DNA from: Oikopleura dioica
Taxonomy: Eukaryota > Animalia > Chordata
Reading direction: 5' to 3'
NCBI GenBank assembly: GCA_907165135.1
Contig: OU015569.1
Location: 9,734,001 to 9,798,000 of the forward strand
DNA: 64,000 nt
The stretch's first letter is position 1, and each line of letters starts with the position of its first letter. Under the pieces are notes generated by a model. The model saw only the letters and a program-made list of their open reading frames with translations, was not told the origin of the DNA and did not search any database. Below are positions 38,126 through 52,083 of this stretch, piece by piece. The position numbers and the translations under genes are program-made.

Positions 38126-39118
38126 TCTCTGCTTGTTTTCGTTTGTCGGTTCGGCAGCGGGCTCGTTTCTCTATCTGCAGCTCTATTCTCGCTCTTTCCC
38201 GCGCGTTCTCACAGGCCCATCTGAAGGAAAATACGTTGAGCCTGGCAGCGGCCTAACTCAAATGTCAACAGAAGCAAGTCACTCGCCGTGCTTGGAAAAA
38301 GGAAAGGTTTTCAATGTAATTGCGCGGCTGAGTTGTGAAAAATAGAAAAAGCCCTCTGATATTGATTTGGGGATCAATTCAGTTTCCCTTGGGCTACCGA
38401 AATCAAACTCGTATAATAATACATGACATGCGCGATTGCAGGCATATTTTCGCGGATAATTACTGTATGCTTCAGTATAAAAGTCTTCTTTTCGAAAAAT
38501 AAATGAAAATCTCTGGGCTGAATTCTCCGACGAAGAAATGTGAATTGTGGGGCTTTGTTTTCCTTTCGGAAGGAAATCTATTCAAGCTGCCAAATTGGTC
38601 CAAAGCTTCTGGGAATATTCAAGTTCAATGTGTGTGCTGTCTAATAAATTCTTCACTAGTGCTTCAAATATTTCGTTAGGATTTTTGAGAGGCTTTTGTG
38701 AAAAATAATAAATTAAGGATAACACTTGTTATTATAATAAATTAAAATATAATATATTATATTATTCATGCTATTTGAAATAAATTTAAGCCATGTTCTT
38801 TTAATTTTTTTCCAAATTTCTTCTCTATCATACTTTTAAAATATTGTTTAATTTGGCCACTACAAATCAGAACGAGAAAAGATAATGATGAAATGTGATA
38901 GAGGTGATTTAGTCTCTTAGTGTGGGAGCGAGTTGCGTGATTTTAAAGATTGTAGTTGATGTCTATGGGACGAGGCGTATGCGCGGATGAACATACTAAT
39001 ACTGGCACTGGCATACTGTAATATGCAACAAAGAGCTCGATTGAAGGTTTGTCTTTTTCCGAGCTGCGCGATTTTGGTTCGTTCCTCTGGTCTGAGCCGA
39101 CGCCCTGGCGCGCCTTGG

Positions 39119-39151
39119 CCAATGGGCGGCCCGGTGCAAGCCTATATATAT
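39119..39151 (+). promoter_or_regulatory. CCAAT box + GC box + TATA box upstream of BTAF1
   Basis: CCAAT 39119-23, GGGCGG 39124-29, TATATATA 39143-50, about 175 nt before the first coding exon. Confidence 0.6.
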
Positions 39152-39324
39152 GATCTCAGAATGATGGTTTTGGCTCGTTTTCGTCGTCGTTTGATCGTTT
39201 TTTCGCCGCCGAGATCGTCCGCCCTGTTGGGCAGCCATCTGGCAAGAAGCAAACTCGAACCGGAATCGCAGTTCGGCCCGCGCGCGCCCAGTACCCATCA
39301 CTCTCAGCCTTGGATGCCCCAGCG

Positions 39325-42300
39325 ATGGAAAATTACCAAAGGTAAACACCTACGCACGCCAAGAAACAGCCACTTCTCACTACGTGACTTCTGTAGAATT
39401 ATCCTCTTAGTCCAGCTCGTGACAATCCCTAATTAACGCAGAATTCGTAAAAGCCGAAAGATCTTGCCTTTTGATTTACCCCGATAAAATCAGCGTAAAA
39501 TTGAGTCACTACGACTTGATGGAAAACAACTGAGCAGGATAATGATTTTTAAATTTGTAGCATTACGCGGCTAGACCGATTGCTTCTTTTACTTGAAAAT
39601 GCCACTACACGTGTCACTCGAGTGGAAACCGCCAAGCAACTCGGCCAGGTTCAGAAGAAGCAGCCCCTCGAACTCAACAACTTACTGGCGAACATATCAA
39701 AGGGACCGGCTCCTTTGCATGTGCGTATATAACTTGCGTGTCTTTTTTGACTTGAAGCTAATAGAAGAGCCAAAAGTAGACATATCTTGGACATGCTGAG
39801 TGGGACACTAGAATTAATGCAGCAGACGCGATTGAGCAAATATTCTGTAATCTTCCGCCGAGTTTCGAAGACCTATGCGATAATCCCCTGAAAGACGAAA
39901 TCATCAAACAAGAAAATGGAGAAAGACTGGATGTTCCTGTTTTGTTGAAGATGGAGACCTTCTCGTTGGAAGAAATCATCTCAAATGGAGTGCCACTTAT
40001 GGCATGTTCAGAAGACGAGTTCGTCGACGATCTAGACCAGTTTAAATCGATGGGCTTTGATAGCAAAGAAGAGTATTTACGGGCAAAACGTTGTCGGATG
40101 GAAGAGAGATTGGGTTTAGGCAGCTTTCCGGGCCAGAGAGATATTCTCGGAGTCACTGACGAAGACTTGGATACCGGAAGCGAACCTCCATCAAAACGGC
40201 ATAAAACTGTGAAAATGGAAGCACAAGTCAGCCTCAAAGCCCTTTACGACTCACCTCCTTCTGTCTTCGCATCGAAGTGGCCTCTCCAATGGTTTTACCT
40301 AAGAACGAGAAGCGCTCTTGCTAGTCAAATCTGGGGCCATAGACACGGAGCCACATGCGCTATTCGTGGCCTGTTGAAACAGTCGAAAGTAGGGTTCCGC
40401 ACGATTCGAAAAAAGTTATCGCACAAAAATAAAATTCTGATGCACAAGGGTAAAATCTATACAGAAATTCAATGAGAATGGTCAAAGATCTCAAAAATTC
40501 ACCGTTTTCCTGTATTTGGCACCAGTATTTTACATTTTTTTGAAATGGAGCGCGCTGATTGGCTGAAGTGCCAAAACGCCTCGAATCGTGCGGAACCCTA
40601 GTCGAAAGCTGTCTTTGCTTTTGTTTCTGAAGAAGAAAAACAAGAATGGCTGGTAGACATCGCTCTCCGTTTGGTGATTTTACTGTATCTTGACAGATTC
40701 GGTGACTTTGTTTCGGACTCAGTGGTCGCTCCTATCCGAGAGACTGCTTCACAGTCCCTTGGAATCGTTTGCCAGTTACTTCCAGCAGAAGTAGTACAAC
40801 AAGTCGTTGAGTTGCTATCGTCACTTGTCAAATCTGGAGTCAGCGGAAAAGCGACGCTCGAAGAAGAAAGTGACATTTGGCCGATACGACATGGTGGTCT
40901 CCTTGGTCTTCGATGGGTATTTGCGATCGACTCAAAGCTGCTAGAATTCAACTTCAGTTACATGTATCAACTCTTTATGAGCGCCCTCGACGATTTTTCT
41001 GAAGACTGTCGGCAAGTAACGGCATTGATATTGACAGACTGTGCTGAATTCATCTGCCGAGAGCATATGCACAGGGCCATCGAGCTCGGTCGAATCGCCT
41101 GGAACAACATATTGAAAGGCGACGACTTAACTGTTTCAACTGCGAGTGCTGTGACCTTCTTGTCTGCGCTTATGAATCATGGAAGAGAAGAGCTCGTTTT
41201 CGGTTGCGTTGGAAATGATGCCGGCGTTGTACTTGCAGCCCTCCTTCCCCTTATCTTCCACAATCTTTCCACAGTTCGAGAAGCCACCCTGGAAAGTGTG
41301 ATTGCAATGCTCGCCTACGAAAACGTCCAAAACATTGACATTGTTCTTCAAGACACATTGAACAGATGCTTCTTTACTGTCATATCCGAAAATCCAAAAT
41401 CTAAGCTTTCACAAAGTGCCGTGCAAATTTGGGCGCGCGCAGTTGCTGCCGGAAGTCCAGACCTTCTAATGGAAATTATTGATGCTACTCTTGACTTGTG
41501 GATAGCGCTGACAACGACAAGAGATGGACGACCTATCGACTCGAAGTTAATCTCAATTCTGAAAGAACAAGCACTCACTGATGAAATTATCTATCTAGGC
41601 GGAAAAGAAGATATTGATATTTCTGCAGAGACTCGTTATACGCTCTGTTACATGGTTTCCGAAATATTCTTAAAAATGAATGGCGCACTAGATGATAAAT
41701 TGATGAATCTAATTACCCAATCGGAAAATGGATACACTCGACTCTTTGCCGCCGAGATATTATTTTTGATGGTACGAAAGGGACGGCGGATTGACCCCTT
41801 CCTCCCTGTCGTTTTCGACCTTCTCAACAGTACTCCAGTATTTCTAGGAAATGGTTAAACTTTGAAAACATAGAAGAGTTCATTTATAAATTTTAGTTTT
41901 AATTGCCGTCAATCGTAAACGATACAATTAGAACCATTGCAGAGCTCAAAGGACCTCTCACTGCATTACAGATATCATCTCGAAAGCTTGGTCTGTCAAT
42001 CGGCCGCGACCTTCATGGAGACCTAATCTCGCCTTACGATGCCTTGGAAATGGGATCAGAAATATTTAACCCAAGTGAAGACCAAAAATATGGATTGACG
42101 AAATCACTGGGTCAGTTCACCAAATAGAAACTGTCAAACAACATCTTCACTCGGCTCTAAATGCTTTCGCGGGCTCAACCCTGCTTCTAAACGAATACAT
42201 TCCAGGAACGAAGCTAAATCCTATTGTCAAACCGTTGTTGGAAAGTGTACGAAACTGCTCAAATAAGTTTACACGTGAAATCCTAGCAACCGCCTTCTGT

Positions 42301-45300
42301 AGCTTGATAGGTAAGTTTTAGACCAGGAGGGTTCTTCACAAAAAAATAATTAAGAAACTGCAAAAAAATTCGCGCCGAACTTTACGCCCAAGCTTTTGAA
42401 ATCGCTCATTAAAAATTGCATTACCGACCATTCTTGTAAGTCTATTTAATCCTATGGTCATGACTCATGATGTGTTACTTTTAGTCCTGCCGTTGCTTTC
42501 TTCCCCTAGCTCAATTTTCTCCGCAGATGATATAGAATACTTTCGTCTCTGTGGCAGCGCCGCGCAATTCTCCTCCAACAATATAATTCTAAGCTATTAC
42601 ACTAACCTTAGAGACTCTGTAAAACAAAGCAAGAAGGAAAAAAAGAAAGCTCTCAGTGCAAAAGACGGCCGCGAACGTACTGCTCTTACCTATCGGCGGC
42701 TCTCGGCTTCCCACATTTTGACCTCGTTCATCTTGCGCTATCGTCATGAACTGCCTGAACAACTCCCGCTCCTATGGGAGCAATTATCTTCACTGCCATT
42801 CCCCGTCGACAATGATCAACTTCCGATTTCATTCATTGAACAACTTTACCTCGTTGTGAACATTGGTAAGATACATTCGAAAAATAATAATAATTTGCCT
42901 TCTTCAGGACCCGAGTGTTTCCGCATTCCAGAATTATCAACGACCATGATGAAGATGTTAAAATCTTCGATCCCTCTCGCTTCTTATCGAAATTTCGTTC
43001 TTAGATATCTTGTCAGTCTTTTCATTGGGAAAAGCTGTACCATTGCTCCTGTGACTATAATTCACGAAATCTTCGACTCGATTACAAACATGTTGGAAAG
43101 TACAAACGAGTTCTCTCAGAAAGGTGCAATAGAAATACTCGCCCAAATTGTTATTTCTCTTGGTGACCAAATTCTTCCCTTCACGACGATCTTTATGGTA
43201 CCGGTACTGAAAGTAATGTCGACGCAAGATTTTTACGTTCGCCAAGTTGCTTCAAGTATTTTCGCGAAACTCCTCAAAGCTATGCCCCTTGATTCTGGCT
43301 CCAAAGATTTGGAAGAAGGACTCACAAAATTGCTTAAAACAAAAAGAGAAGAAAGCCTATCATTTCTAAGTCAACTCTTCGATCAGTCCAAAGCTGAAGA
43401 CTACAGAATACCGATCCCTTTCGCCGCTAAGCTACGACCTTATCAGCAAGACGGCGTAAATTGGTTAATGTTTCTCAATAAGTACGGACTCAATGGAATC
43501 CTATCCGACGAGATGGGTCTTGGCAAGACTCTCCAGACAATTTTGACAGTCGCTTCTGATCATTATCGATGTCAAGAAAATGGCGAGCGCGACGTCAAAT
43601 CTATTATCATTTCTCCTCCTTCTGTAACTGGTCACTGGTATGACGAGACCCAAAAATTTGTTCCTGAAAGTCTATCAATGATCCACTACCATGGAAATGG
43701 CACGGAACGTAAGAGGCTGCGTGAAATCTTCATGTCACCTAGCAATCATTTCAATGTTGTCGTGGCTAGCTATGAAGTAGTCCGCAACGATATCGATTTT
43801 TTCAATAAGTACACGTGGAACTATTGCGTTCTTGATGAAGGTCACGTCATCCGCAACACGAAAACGAAAGTTTCTCAAAGCATACGCTCTCTGAGAGCGA
43901 AACATCGTCTAATGCTCACTGGAACGCCCATACAAAACACCGTGACTGAACTCTGGTCTCTTTTTGACTTCCTCATGCCAGGTTTCCTTGGAACAGAAAA
44001 AGAATTTAACACTGTTTATGGTCGCCCAATATTAAACTCACGCGACCCAAGATGCAAAAATCCGGAAGCTGGTCTTCTCGCACTTCAAGCTCTGCACAGA
44101 CAATGCCTACCTTTTATGCTCCGAAGAGTCAAGTCGGATGTTCTCAAGGATCTCCCTCCCAAAATTATTCAAGACTTCTATTGCGAACTGAGTCCCCTTC
44201 AAAAACGCCTTTACGAAGAGTTCACTCGCTCAAAACTAAAAAAACGCATCGAGCAAGTCATTGACGACGATCGCAAAGATACATCAGAGAGAGCTGGCCA
44301 TATCTTCCAGGTATTTTCTTATTTACACTCGTAAGAAAAAAACACTGTTTAGGCTATTCAATACCTTCAAAAACTTTGCAATCATCCTGCTCTTGTCCTT
44401 ACGCCGGCCCATCCAGATTACTATAACATTTTGAGCGACCTTGACAAGAATCGAAGCAGCCTTCGTGACATTGAGAATGCTCCAAAGATCAAAGCGCTGA
44501 AACAGCTGCTGACAGAGTGTGGCATTGGCCAACGCGAAGACTCCGTCGTTTCTGAGCACAGGTGAGCGCAGCATGGGGGCACTCATCGCATGCGGAAAAA
44601 CATTCATTGAAAAGAGTCTTTGATTTTTAAAAAGCTAAATCACCATTCTAGAGCGCTCATCTTCTGCCAGCACAAATCAATGCTCGATATAATTGCGCGA
44701 GACCTTTTCGAACATGAAATGCCTTTAGTCTCCTTCTCACGGCTCGACGGCTCTGTTCCAGCTGGAGCACGACATGGCATTGTCTCGCGATTCAACCGAG
44801 ATCCTACCATAGGTAAGTCCCTCATTATTAATTCACTAAGAAAATGCTCGATTTTCACACCCAAGTGGATACCTAGGGTCCCCACCCTGACTGCTTACGC
44901 GTTGCCTCTCTAATTCGAAATTATAGATGTACTGCTCTTGACAACGAAAGTCGGTGGCCTCGGACTTAACTTGACGGGTGCCGACGTTGTCATTTTCGTT
45001 GAGCACGATTGGAATCCCCAAATGGACCTTCAGGTAAGTTTTAATTAGGTCCTATTTGCATAAATAAAATTTTATCAAGGCGATGGATCGTGCGCACAGA
45101 ATCGGACAAAAAAAGACAGTCAACGTCTATCGCTTGATTACTAGAAACACCGTCGAGGAAAAGATAATGGGTCTGCAAAAATTCAAGCTCAATATTGCTA
45201 ACTCGTTGGTATCTGGGGATAACTCCAGCATGAGTACAATGGATACTCACCAGCTTCTAGATATGTTCAACTTTGAGTAAGACACCTTAGAATCGGTAAA

Positions 45301-45467
45301 AAATAACCACGCATTGTAGCAAATCCACCGCCAACCAGCAAAAGCAAAAAGAAGGAAAATCGAAATCAATTCAGTCGCTTGTAGATGAGCTTGGAGAACT
45401 TTGGGATGGCGAGGCATATGACTCCGAGTACGAAATAAACCAGTTCCTTCAAAAGCTCAACCAATGA
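39325..45467 (+). CDS. BTAF1: TBP-associated SNF2 ATPase Mot1/BTAF1
   Basis: [18 protein letters not shown]...[41 protein letters not shown] and [11 protein letters not shown]. First intron 39342-39560. Confidence 0.95.
40390..40600. mobile_element. 211-bp hAT-like MITE forming an intron of BTAF1
   Basis: Perfect 20-bp TIR TAGGGTTCCGCACGATTCGA / TCGAATCGTGCGGAACCCTA, with a perfect 8-bp TSD GTCGAAAG at 40382-89 and 40601-08. Confidence 0.96.
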
Positions 45468-47481
45468 AAGTTCAGTTATTCAAGAATTCAAAGTTTAATT
45501 AATAAATCATTTACTCTACGGAATCTGAGATGCTATTTCTGAAATTGATCCATCAATTCCAATTTGTGCGACTCAATTGGTGAAGCAAGTTTTACTCAAG
45601 GGTTGGCTCACGCCTCTTGAGAAGAGTAGTCATCAGGGAGAAGCGGCCGGTCGGTGTGCTTGGCTATCGATTGTCATTGAACGCTGTCGATACATCAATG
45701 CTTAGCATTGCCCATATTACACACTGGTCAAAGTGGTCCACCCCGGGAGAATTTGCCAAGACAAATATCAAGAGCGAACGTCAAAAAATCTAGCAATTGC
45801 ATCGAGGGCGGCATATTTCTCTAGAGGATTCAGTATACGGTACTTTGTCGAGTGTCTTGCGAGCGTAATTATATTACAGGTCCAATTTGGACAGAGCGCT
45901 TGCAATCAGCACGGCTAATTTCTCTTCCTGGCTGATTACGCAGTCCAGACTCTCCTTGATCGCACCTTGATCTCTCGTAAAGTTGTATCTAGCTTTGATG
46001 TTGCTCGAATATCGGCGTGAGCTCTCATCACGAACATGCTCCAGTGGCACGGCTGTAATCAATAATGGATATTCTTTAATTTTATTATTCGGACTACTTT
46101 TATTATTTATCTTCAGGCCCTGAACCTCATCAATATTTCTGCAGATGATTAAAGTGAATAATTTGCCCGTGTCTGAGAAATAATATATCTTCAGATAAAA
46201 ACAGTGGTACTTTTTTCCATGAACAACACAAAAAATGGATAAATAATTAGCAGACTAACTCTACCATTATTTTTTTCTCAAACTTCAGATATATTGAAAT
46301 ATTGCTCGCAATATTTTAAGTCCGAATTCCATGCTGGACTTACAACCAGTATAGTACTGGCATTATCGTGAAGATATGTACTTTTGTAACCACTGGTGTT
46401 TCCCGATTTGAAAAAAAAATTGAAAATTGCCCTAATTAGGATGGAAAAATTTGCTTCACAAAACGCTTTATCCGATTCTTTTCGCAAAAGCTAACTTTCA
46501 TATTCCATTTTTGCTATGCTCATGCGGTAGCCACTGCCGACGACAGTTGCGACAATGCTCTGTTTGTTCCAATTCCTTCGGGGCATCAATTATTCAATAG
46601 CCGACTTAATACGCCCAATTGTATATTTTACGTTTCAAGAGTTTTAACTTTCTTTTAACTTCGGAAATCATCGCTAACAACTGAATCCTATATTATTCAA
46701 CACCCGATAAGGTCAAGCAATTTCAGTGTCTTCTTCGTTTCTTTGACTTTACCTTTCATGTTTCTCAAAATGATTTTCAAAATTTGGGGAGTGTGTTGAC
46801 GAGATGGCTACTTCATTATTAAAAGACTACGCCCTCGATTAATGTTCATTACTTGATCATTAAAGAAAGCCCATGGCAAGTGTGGACAAGTAAGGAATGG
46901 TTGTACTGCTGTCTTAAGTCTGAATAGCTTCGGTATCGAGCGGAATAGATCGCCTGAGCTCCTAAGTACATAATTACGGAGAGTCTGCTTCTTCCATCTG
47001 GCAAGCGAATCCGATTCGCTTTCAATGATCTGGTGAGAGTCGACGGCGCACGGGAGCGCCCACAGCGAGCGCCCCGGCAGCGCCTGCAGCTCGCAACCGA
47101 CTGCACAGCCTCCGACAACATAATTAAATTGAAATCAAGCAGCCTTGTGCGCAAAGAGAGGCAGCCAGAGCATCAAATATTTAAAGAGCTTCTTTTAGCG
47201 CTAGAATTCGCTATCACGACCGAGGATTTTGAAGAACCAGTGGCTAGCGGAGATTATAGCGCCATCTAGATAGCCTGCGCCTGCAGCGAGAAGCTGAAAG
47301 CAGCCGAGAGAAGACTCCGGACAGAAGAACCTTCGGACTCAATAATTTAATCCTTCCCAGAGCAACAATTATTTACGAGAGACGAAATTATTAATCGACA
47401 ATAAGAGAGAGATTGAAGATTTCCTCAGCCATCCGGTGATAGTATCCGGCAGTCGACTTCGACAACTTGGTGCAAGACCGT

Positions 47482-49259
47482 ATGCTTACGGAAATCCACC
47501 CGGTAGCTAGCCAGGTTTCTGAGATGGAAAACGAACAAGAGTTTGCCACTCCTACCACGCCTAGCTCAGAAATCGAACACAAATATGTCCCTACACAACC
47601 ACTGACTCCAATCACTAGCCATAACATCAATTCCTCTATCATTTCTGCTGCCGCATCTGCATCAGCAATCGATAGAAAACCTCCAATTACGACGGTAGCC
47701 ACGGGCCACGTTTCTGTGAGTACTATTAGTTTTAATTTCTATGTAGATAGTTTGATTTATTTATTTACAAATAATTAAAGGCTTTCCAGAGCAACCTATT
47801 CGCTGGAGTAACTGGCTTTGATGAGACGTTCTTTTCGGCATCCAGTGCAAAACAAGAATATACTTCTTCCTTGTCTACCCCCATGGAAGTGAAACCGTCT
47901 GTAAGCTTCAAGCCAGAAACGTCGACATATTATCCGATGAACTCATCGATGGTCCATTCCCACCACTTATCCTCGCCTAGTGTTGTTGTTCCACAGGTAT
48001 TTAAGAGACGAATTAATAATTGATAGTGTTTCCAAAAGTTAACTTATTTCTCACTTGATTGACCTTATTTTTCAGCTATCATCTTACGCTGTTAGCCTTG
48101 GAGCAGAGGGAACAGAAAGCTTAATTGCCGATGGACAAGCGTATCCAACAATCGGATATGGGATGGGTCTAAACGAAGCCATGTACATTTCAGCGCCAAG
48201 TCACAGTCAAAACGGACTCATGAACTCAGGGCTCGCGCAAAACTCAATGATGGCGCACTACAGCGGTCTCGGAACAAATCAAATTCACGGGTTAGTATGC
48301 ACCTCATTATCGATACAAATTTACAACATCCGCTTGATGATAAATTAATTCATTACGAAATTTTAAAATTAACAATTTAGTATCTTTGTTTAGCATTGAA
48401 CATTTTTAATTTAATTTAGTGGTAATAGTACACACATGCCTTCGGCCTCGGCGGAGTACGATACCGACCCACGCGAGTTGGAAGCATTTGCGGAACGATT
48501 CAAACAACGTCGTATCAAGCTCGGTGTCACTCAAGCAGACGTCGGTCAAGCTCTGGGAAAATTGAAAATACCAGGAGTCGGCAGCCTCAGCCAGAGTACC
48601 ATATGCCGCTTCGAGTCGCTCACTCTTTCGCACAACAATATGGTTGCGCTCAAGCCTATACTCCAGGTAATGTTCAGTGTCTTGTCACAAATTCGAATGC
48701 ATTTTGCGCGTGTAGAGGGTAACTGCGATCTCAGCGTGAGAGCAGAAGTTTCGCTTGAAGAAGATCAAGAACTGCCGCCGCGGGTAGTCCCAAGAGGAAT
48801 ATCGCGACAGACCAAATCTAATATTTTGACAAAAGCGTGACGAGCAAATTTCAATACTTTGTCAATCAGTCCCTCGGTTACGGCGCACATGTCGAATTAA
48901 CCACTGTATTGCAAAATCTAACAGTAAGCTTAGGCTTGGCTAGAAAGAGCCGAAAACGCGGCAAAGGCCAAAAAAGAAGCTGATGGCTACACAGGAAACG
49001 AAAAGAAGCGGAAACGAACATCAATCGCTGCACCAGAAAAACGATCCTTAGAAGCTTACTTCACAGTTCAACCAAGGTTGATTCTTCCATTTTGTCTCTA
49101 TTAAAACATGTCTTTAGGCCTAGCTCGGAGAAAATCGCAGCAATCGCCGAAAAACTTGATCTGAAAAAGAATGTTGTCCGGGTTTGGTTTTGCAATCAGC
49201 GGCAAAAGCAGAAGAGGATGAAGTTCTCGGCGTACAACCAAACCGCCCAAAGTGAATAG
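47482..49259 (+). CDS. POU4: POU class IV homeobox transcription factor (Brn3/unc-86 type)
   Basis: [29 protein letters not shown]...[28 protein letters not shown], plus homeodomain [20 protein letters not shown]...[20 protein letters not shown]. Confidence 0.96.
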
Positions 49260-52083
49260 TCGGTACGATTGTCTTTGAAACTCATTTCTAACGTGACTTC
49301 AGCTAATTACTTCAACAACAAACGCCAATATTCCAAACTGAAAGTTCGGCGGAAACGCCATTACCGACCCTACTCCTTATTGTGCAAGGACAACAAGTCC
49401 ACAACTGTATATAAACTTGGCGCGGACGATCATCGAGTAGTTCTCTATTATCTTCAAAAACCCACCGCAAAATTACTACAAGCCAGTACGAACACTAGCG
49501 ATTGAGCAATCAAGAACACAACTTTCTTCACCCATCTAGAAGTACTATGACCGAAACAAAAACCAAAACCATTGTGGTGCTCCTCATGAAACCAAACTGT
49601 TATTTACACTGTTTAATAATTTATCTTTGCGCTTTAATTTAAGAAATAAAACATGACGAAACAATTCATTCAGTGACATCATTTTTCTTCGTAAACGATT
49701 TCGCATAGCCCATATAAAATTGCGGAGAGCTATCAATTATAAATAGGCCCATGATGCGCACAGATAAGTGTGTATAATCGTGTTTAAGAACTTATCAATA
49801 ACCATTGGTTAACGAGGTAATTGCAATTGAGTGGCGTGCAATGGTGGCAGCCCTGTCTGACATGGCTAATATGGGGTAATTTACAGGCTGTTCCCAGCGG
49901 GAGGGGAAGTCCTTCTCTCGCCTATGGCTAAAGAGTATCAACGGGCACGAGTGGCAGGCAGCTGCATAATTTTGCGCTTCGGCTAATTCTGTTTCCGGCA
50001 ATCTGGAAACAAATTGCACCATCAATCGATCGCTTGTAATTTCCCTAAAATACAGTAACACCATTGATTGGGCATTACTGTAGTAGTTTCCAGCACTGAG
50101 TGAGCTACATGCGATGGCAAGCTACGAGTCGCATGATCGAGCGCCGGCTATAGATTCTGCCCGGCCGTGCCAGTCGACGGATAAATTATTCAAGTTGCAT
50201 TGTGCGCCCGATCAATGCGTCCATTACGATGAAAAATGACAGACTCACTTGTCAACGCTGCTTTTCACCATTAATCTGCTAATCTCCGCTAATTCATTCT
50301 GTGCTGTGCCTCGAAGTGTGTAATTATGACCCATCTCCAGAGCTAAGAAACTCCGTTTATAAACAAATCCATCACGAATATCAAGAATGAGCCCTTTTCA
50401 ACCACTTATGAGTGCTGAACTTGTGTCGAGCAAATACTTGCGACCTTTAAAATCGAGTTGAATTCGATCGACGAAGTACCCCTGAGGGCCCCGCACGGTC
50501 GGCTAATTGGCAGTCCCGTGAGACTTTGCATCAAAGCAAAGTTATTTATTCGGGCTGTAACTAATGCACTGCGTCGTTTTTTTTCTCCGGGGCAGTGCTA
50601 CCTCTGAAACAAGTCAGACAAGACATCGTTATGGTGTCGTAATTAGGCGGGCGAAAGTTAGATGTCGAGGAGGATGAAAGCTACGCCCGCCGCTGGCATT
50701 AGCCAGATGGCGGCCGTCGACACTCTTAGAGGCAGGTGCACCGCGTCCCTCGACTTGGTATAGATCGATTCACGAAGTAGCAGGGCTTGTACGACGCAGC
50801 AAAACAGAAATTGGCAAGGGAAAGCTCTCTAGCACTGCGGTCCGCAGCGCTCAAATCGGTCGGTAAGATCATCAATTATTCCTGAGCTCGCCTCTAGAAA
50901 AGGCGGGTCTACTCTCTTTCGTGCTCGACGTCCTGGCACTCACTCTACGATGCGACTAAGGTTGTTTTGCGCCCGGGGCTCCTGTGCGAGGGCTAAATTA
51001 TTAAGCTCGACCTTCTTATGAATGTTGAATGTCGGAAGTACGGCTACTGTTTACCCATTGACGCTCGCTACGCGCCCTCACTTCGATTATCTTATCTTTT
51101 TTTTTCAAAATCTTCGTCTATGATTTCATTTCTCTTTTTTGATTTCGGAATCGAATCTCTGTGAGGTGTTTGTCAATCTCCAGGAGTCGGAGATATATGT
51201 TTATAAAATATGCATTTGTTAACCCAATTTAAAAGAAAATTGGCGCAAAATTCGCGACGCTCGGTGCCCTAAGGGCGGTGCCCAACTGTTGACGGCGTTG
51301 TTATGCGGCCTGAACTGTCGGGTGGTGTAGTCTTAACTAGGTCTAATAAATTATCCCATTCATATTATTTATAAGCAGACTACGAAATAAGCGTTCATCA
51401 AATATGAAAACAGCTCAACTCCAAGCAAACTTCATTAAACGAACTTCATTAAAACGAGCTTGGCGATGCGAGCATCTTTCTGGCGATACCCTCCTATATA
51501 AATCTTTGATCCCAATATTCAACAAGCCCAAATCGACTCACTTGCTTACCACTGTAAACGTACCGCCTCACATAACAGTTGTTTGAGTTTTGTTTTCAAT
51601 AGCTACTATTTTTTAGCGTGTAAGCGACTAGAGAAACATATCTTTCTCAAGTGATAACTTTAGTAATTCATTCGTAACTCTGCCCAAATTATCATTTAAA
51701 AAATGTGTTGCAATAATTTAAAATAATAACGGCTTGTACTACAAGACTTGTAGACGAGTCTAGCTGCCCTAGAAACCTGGCGCGGATTTTGAAGGGTTTT
51801 CTCGGCAGTGAAAATCTCTTTGGTATCGGGAACTCTTTTTCATTTCGATATAATGGTTGAAAATTGAAGATGTAAACGACGCTAGGAGAATTATTTAACA
51901 ACCAGAATTCAATACTAATAAATAACCAAACTCATAAATTAGAAAAACCAAACCAGAGCCGCACCAAAGAATAACTCCCTCATTTCCATTCATCACTTCG
52001 CCCGTAGTAAAACTCACGCTGCCAATATCAAATAAACACTTTTTCAATTTCAAACTTTCAACAAAACAGTTTTTATTGAAAAA

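Noticed and set aside
38987-39436. 149-aa ORF upstream of BTAF1 (and antisense 38996-39349)
   Set aside because: It spans the CCAAT/TATA promoter and the GC-rich 5' UTR, with no protein-like features.
45560-46062. Minus-strand fragments (MITAVPLEHVRDE...) as a gene
   Set aside because: Frames are short and I could not join them with plausible introns; at most a decayed remnant.
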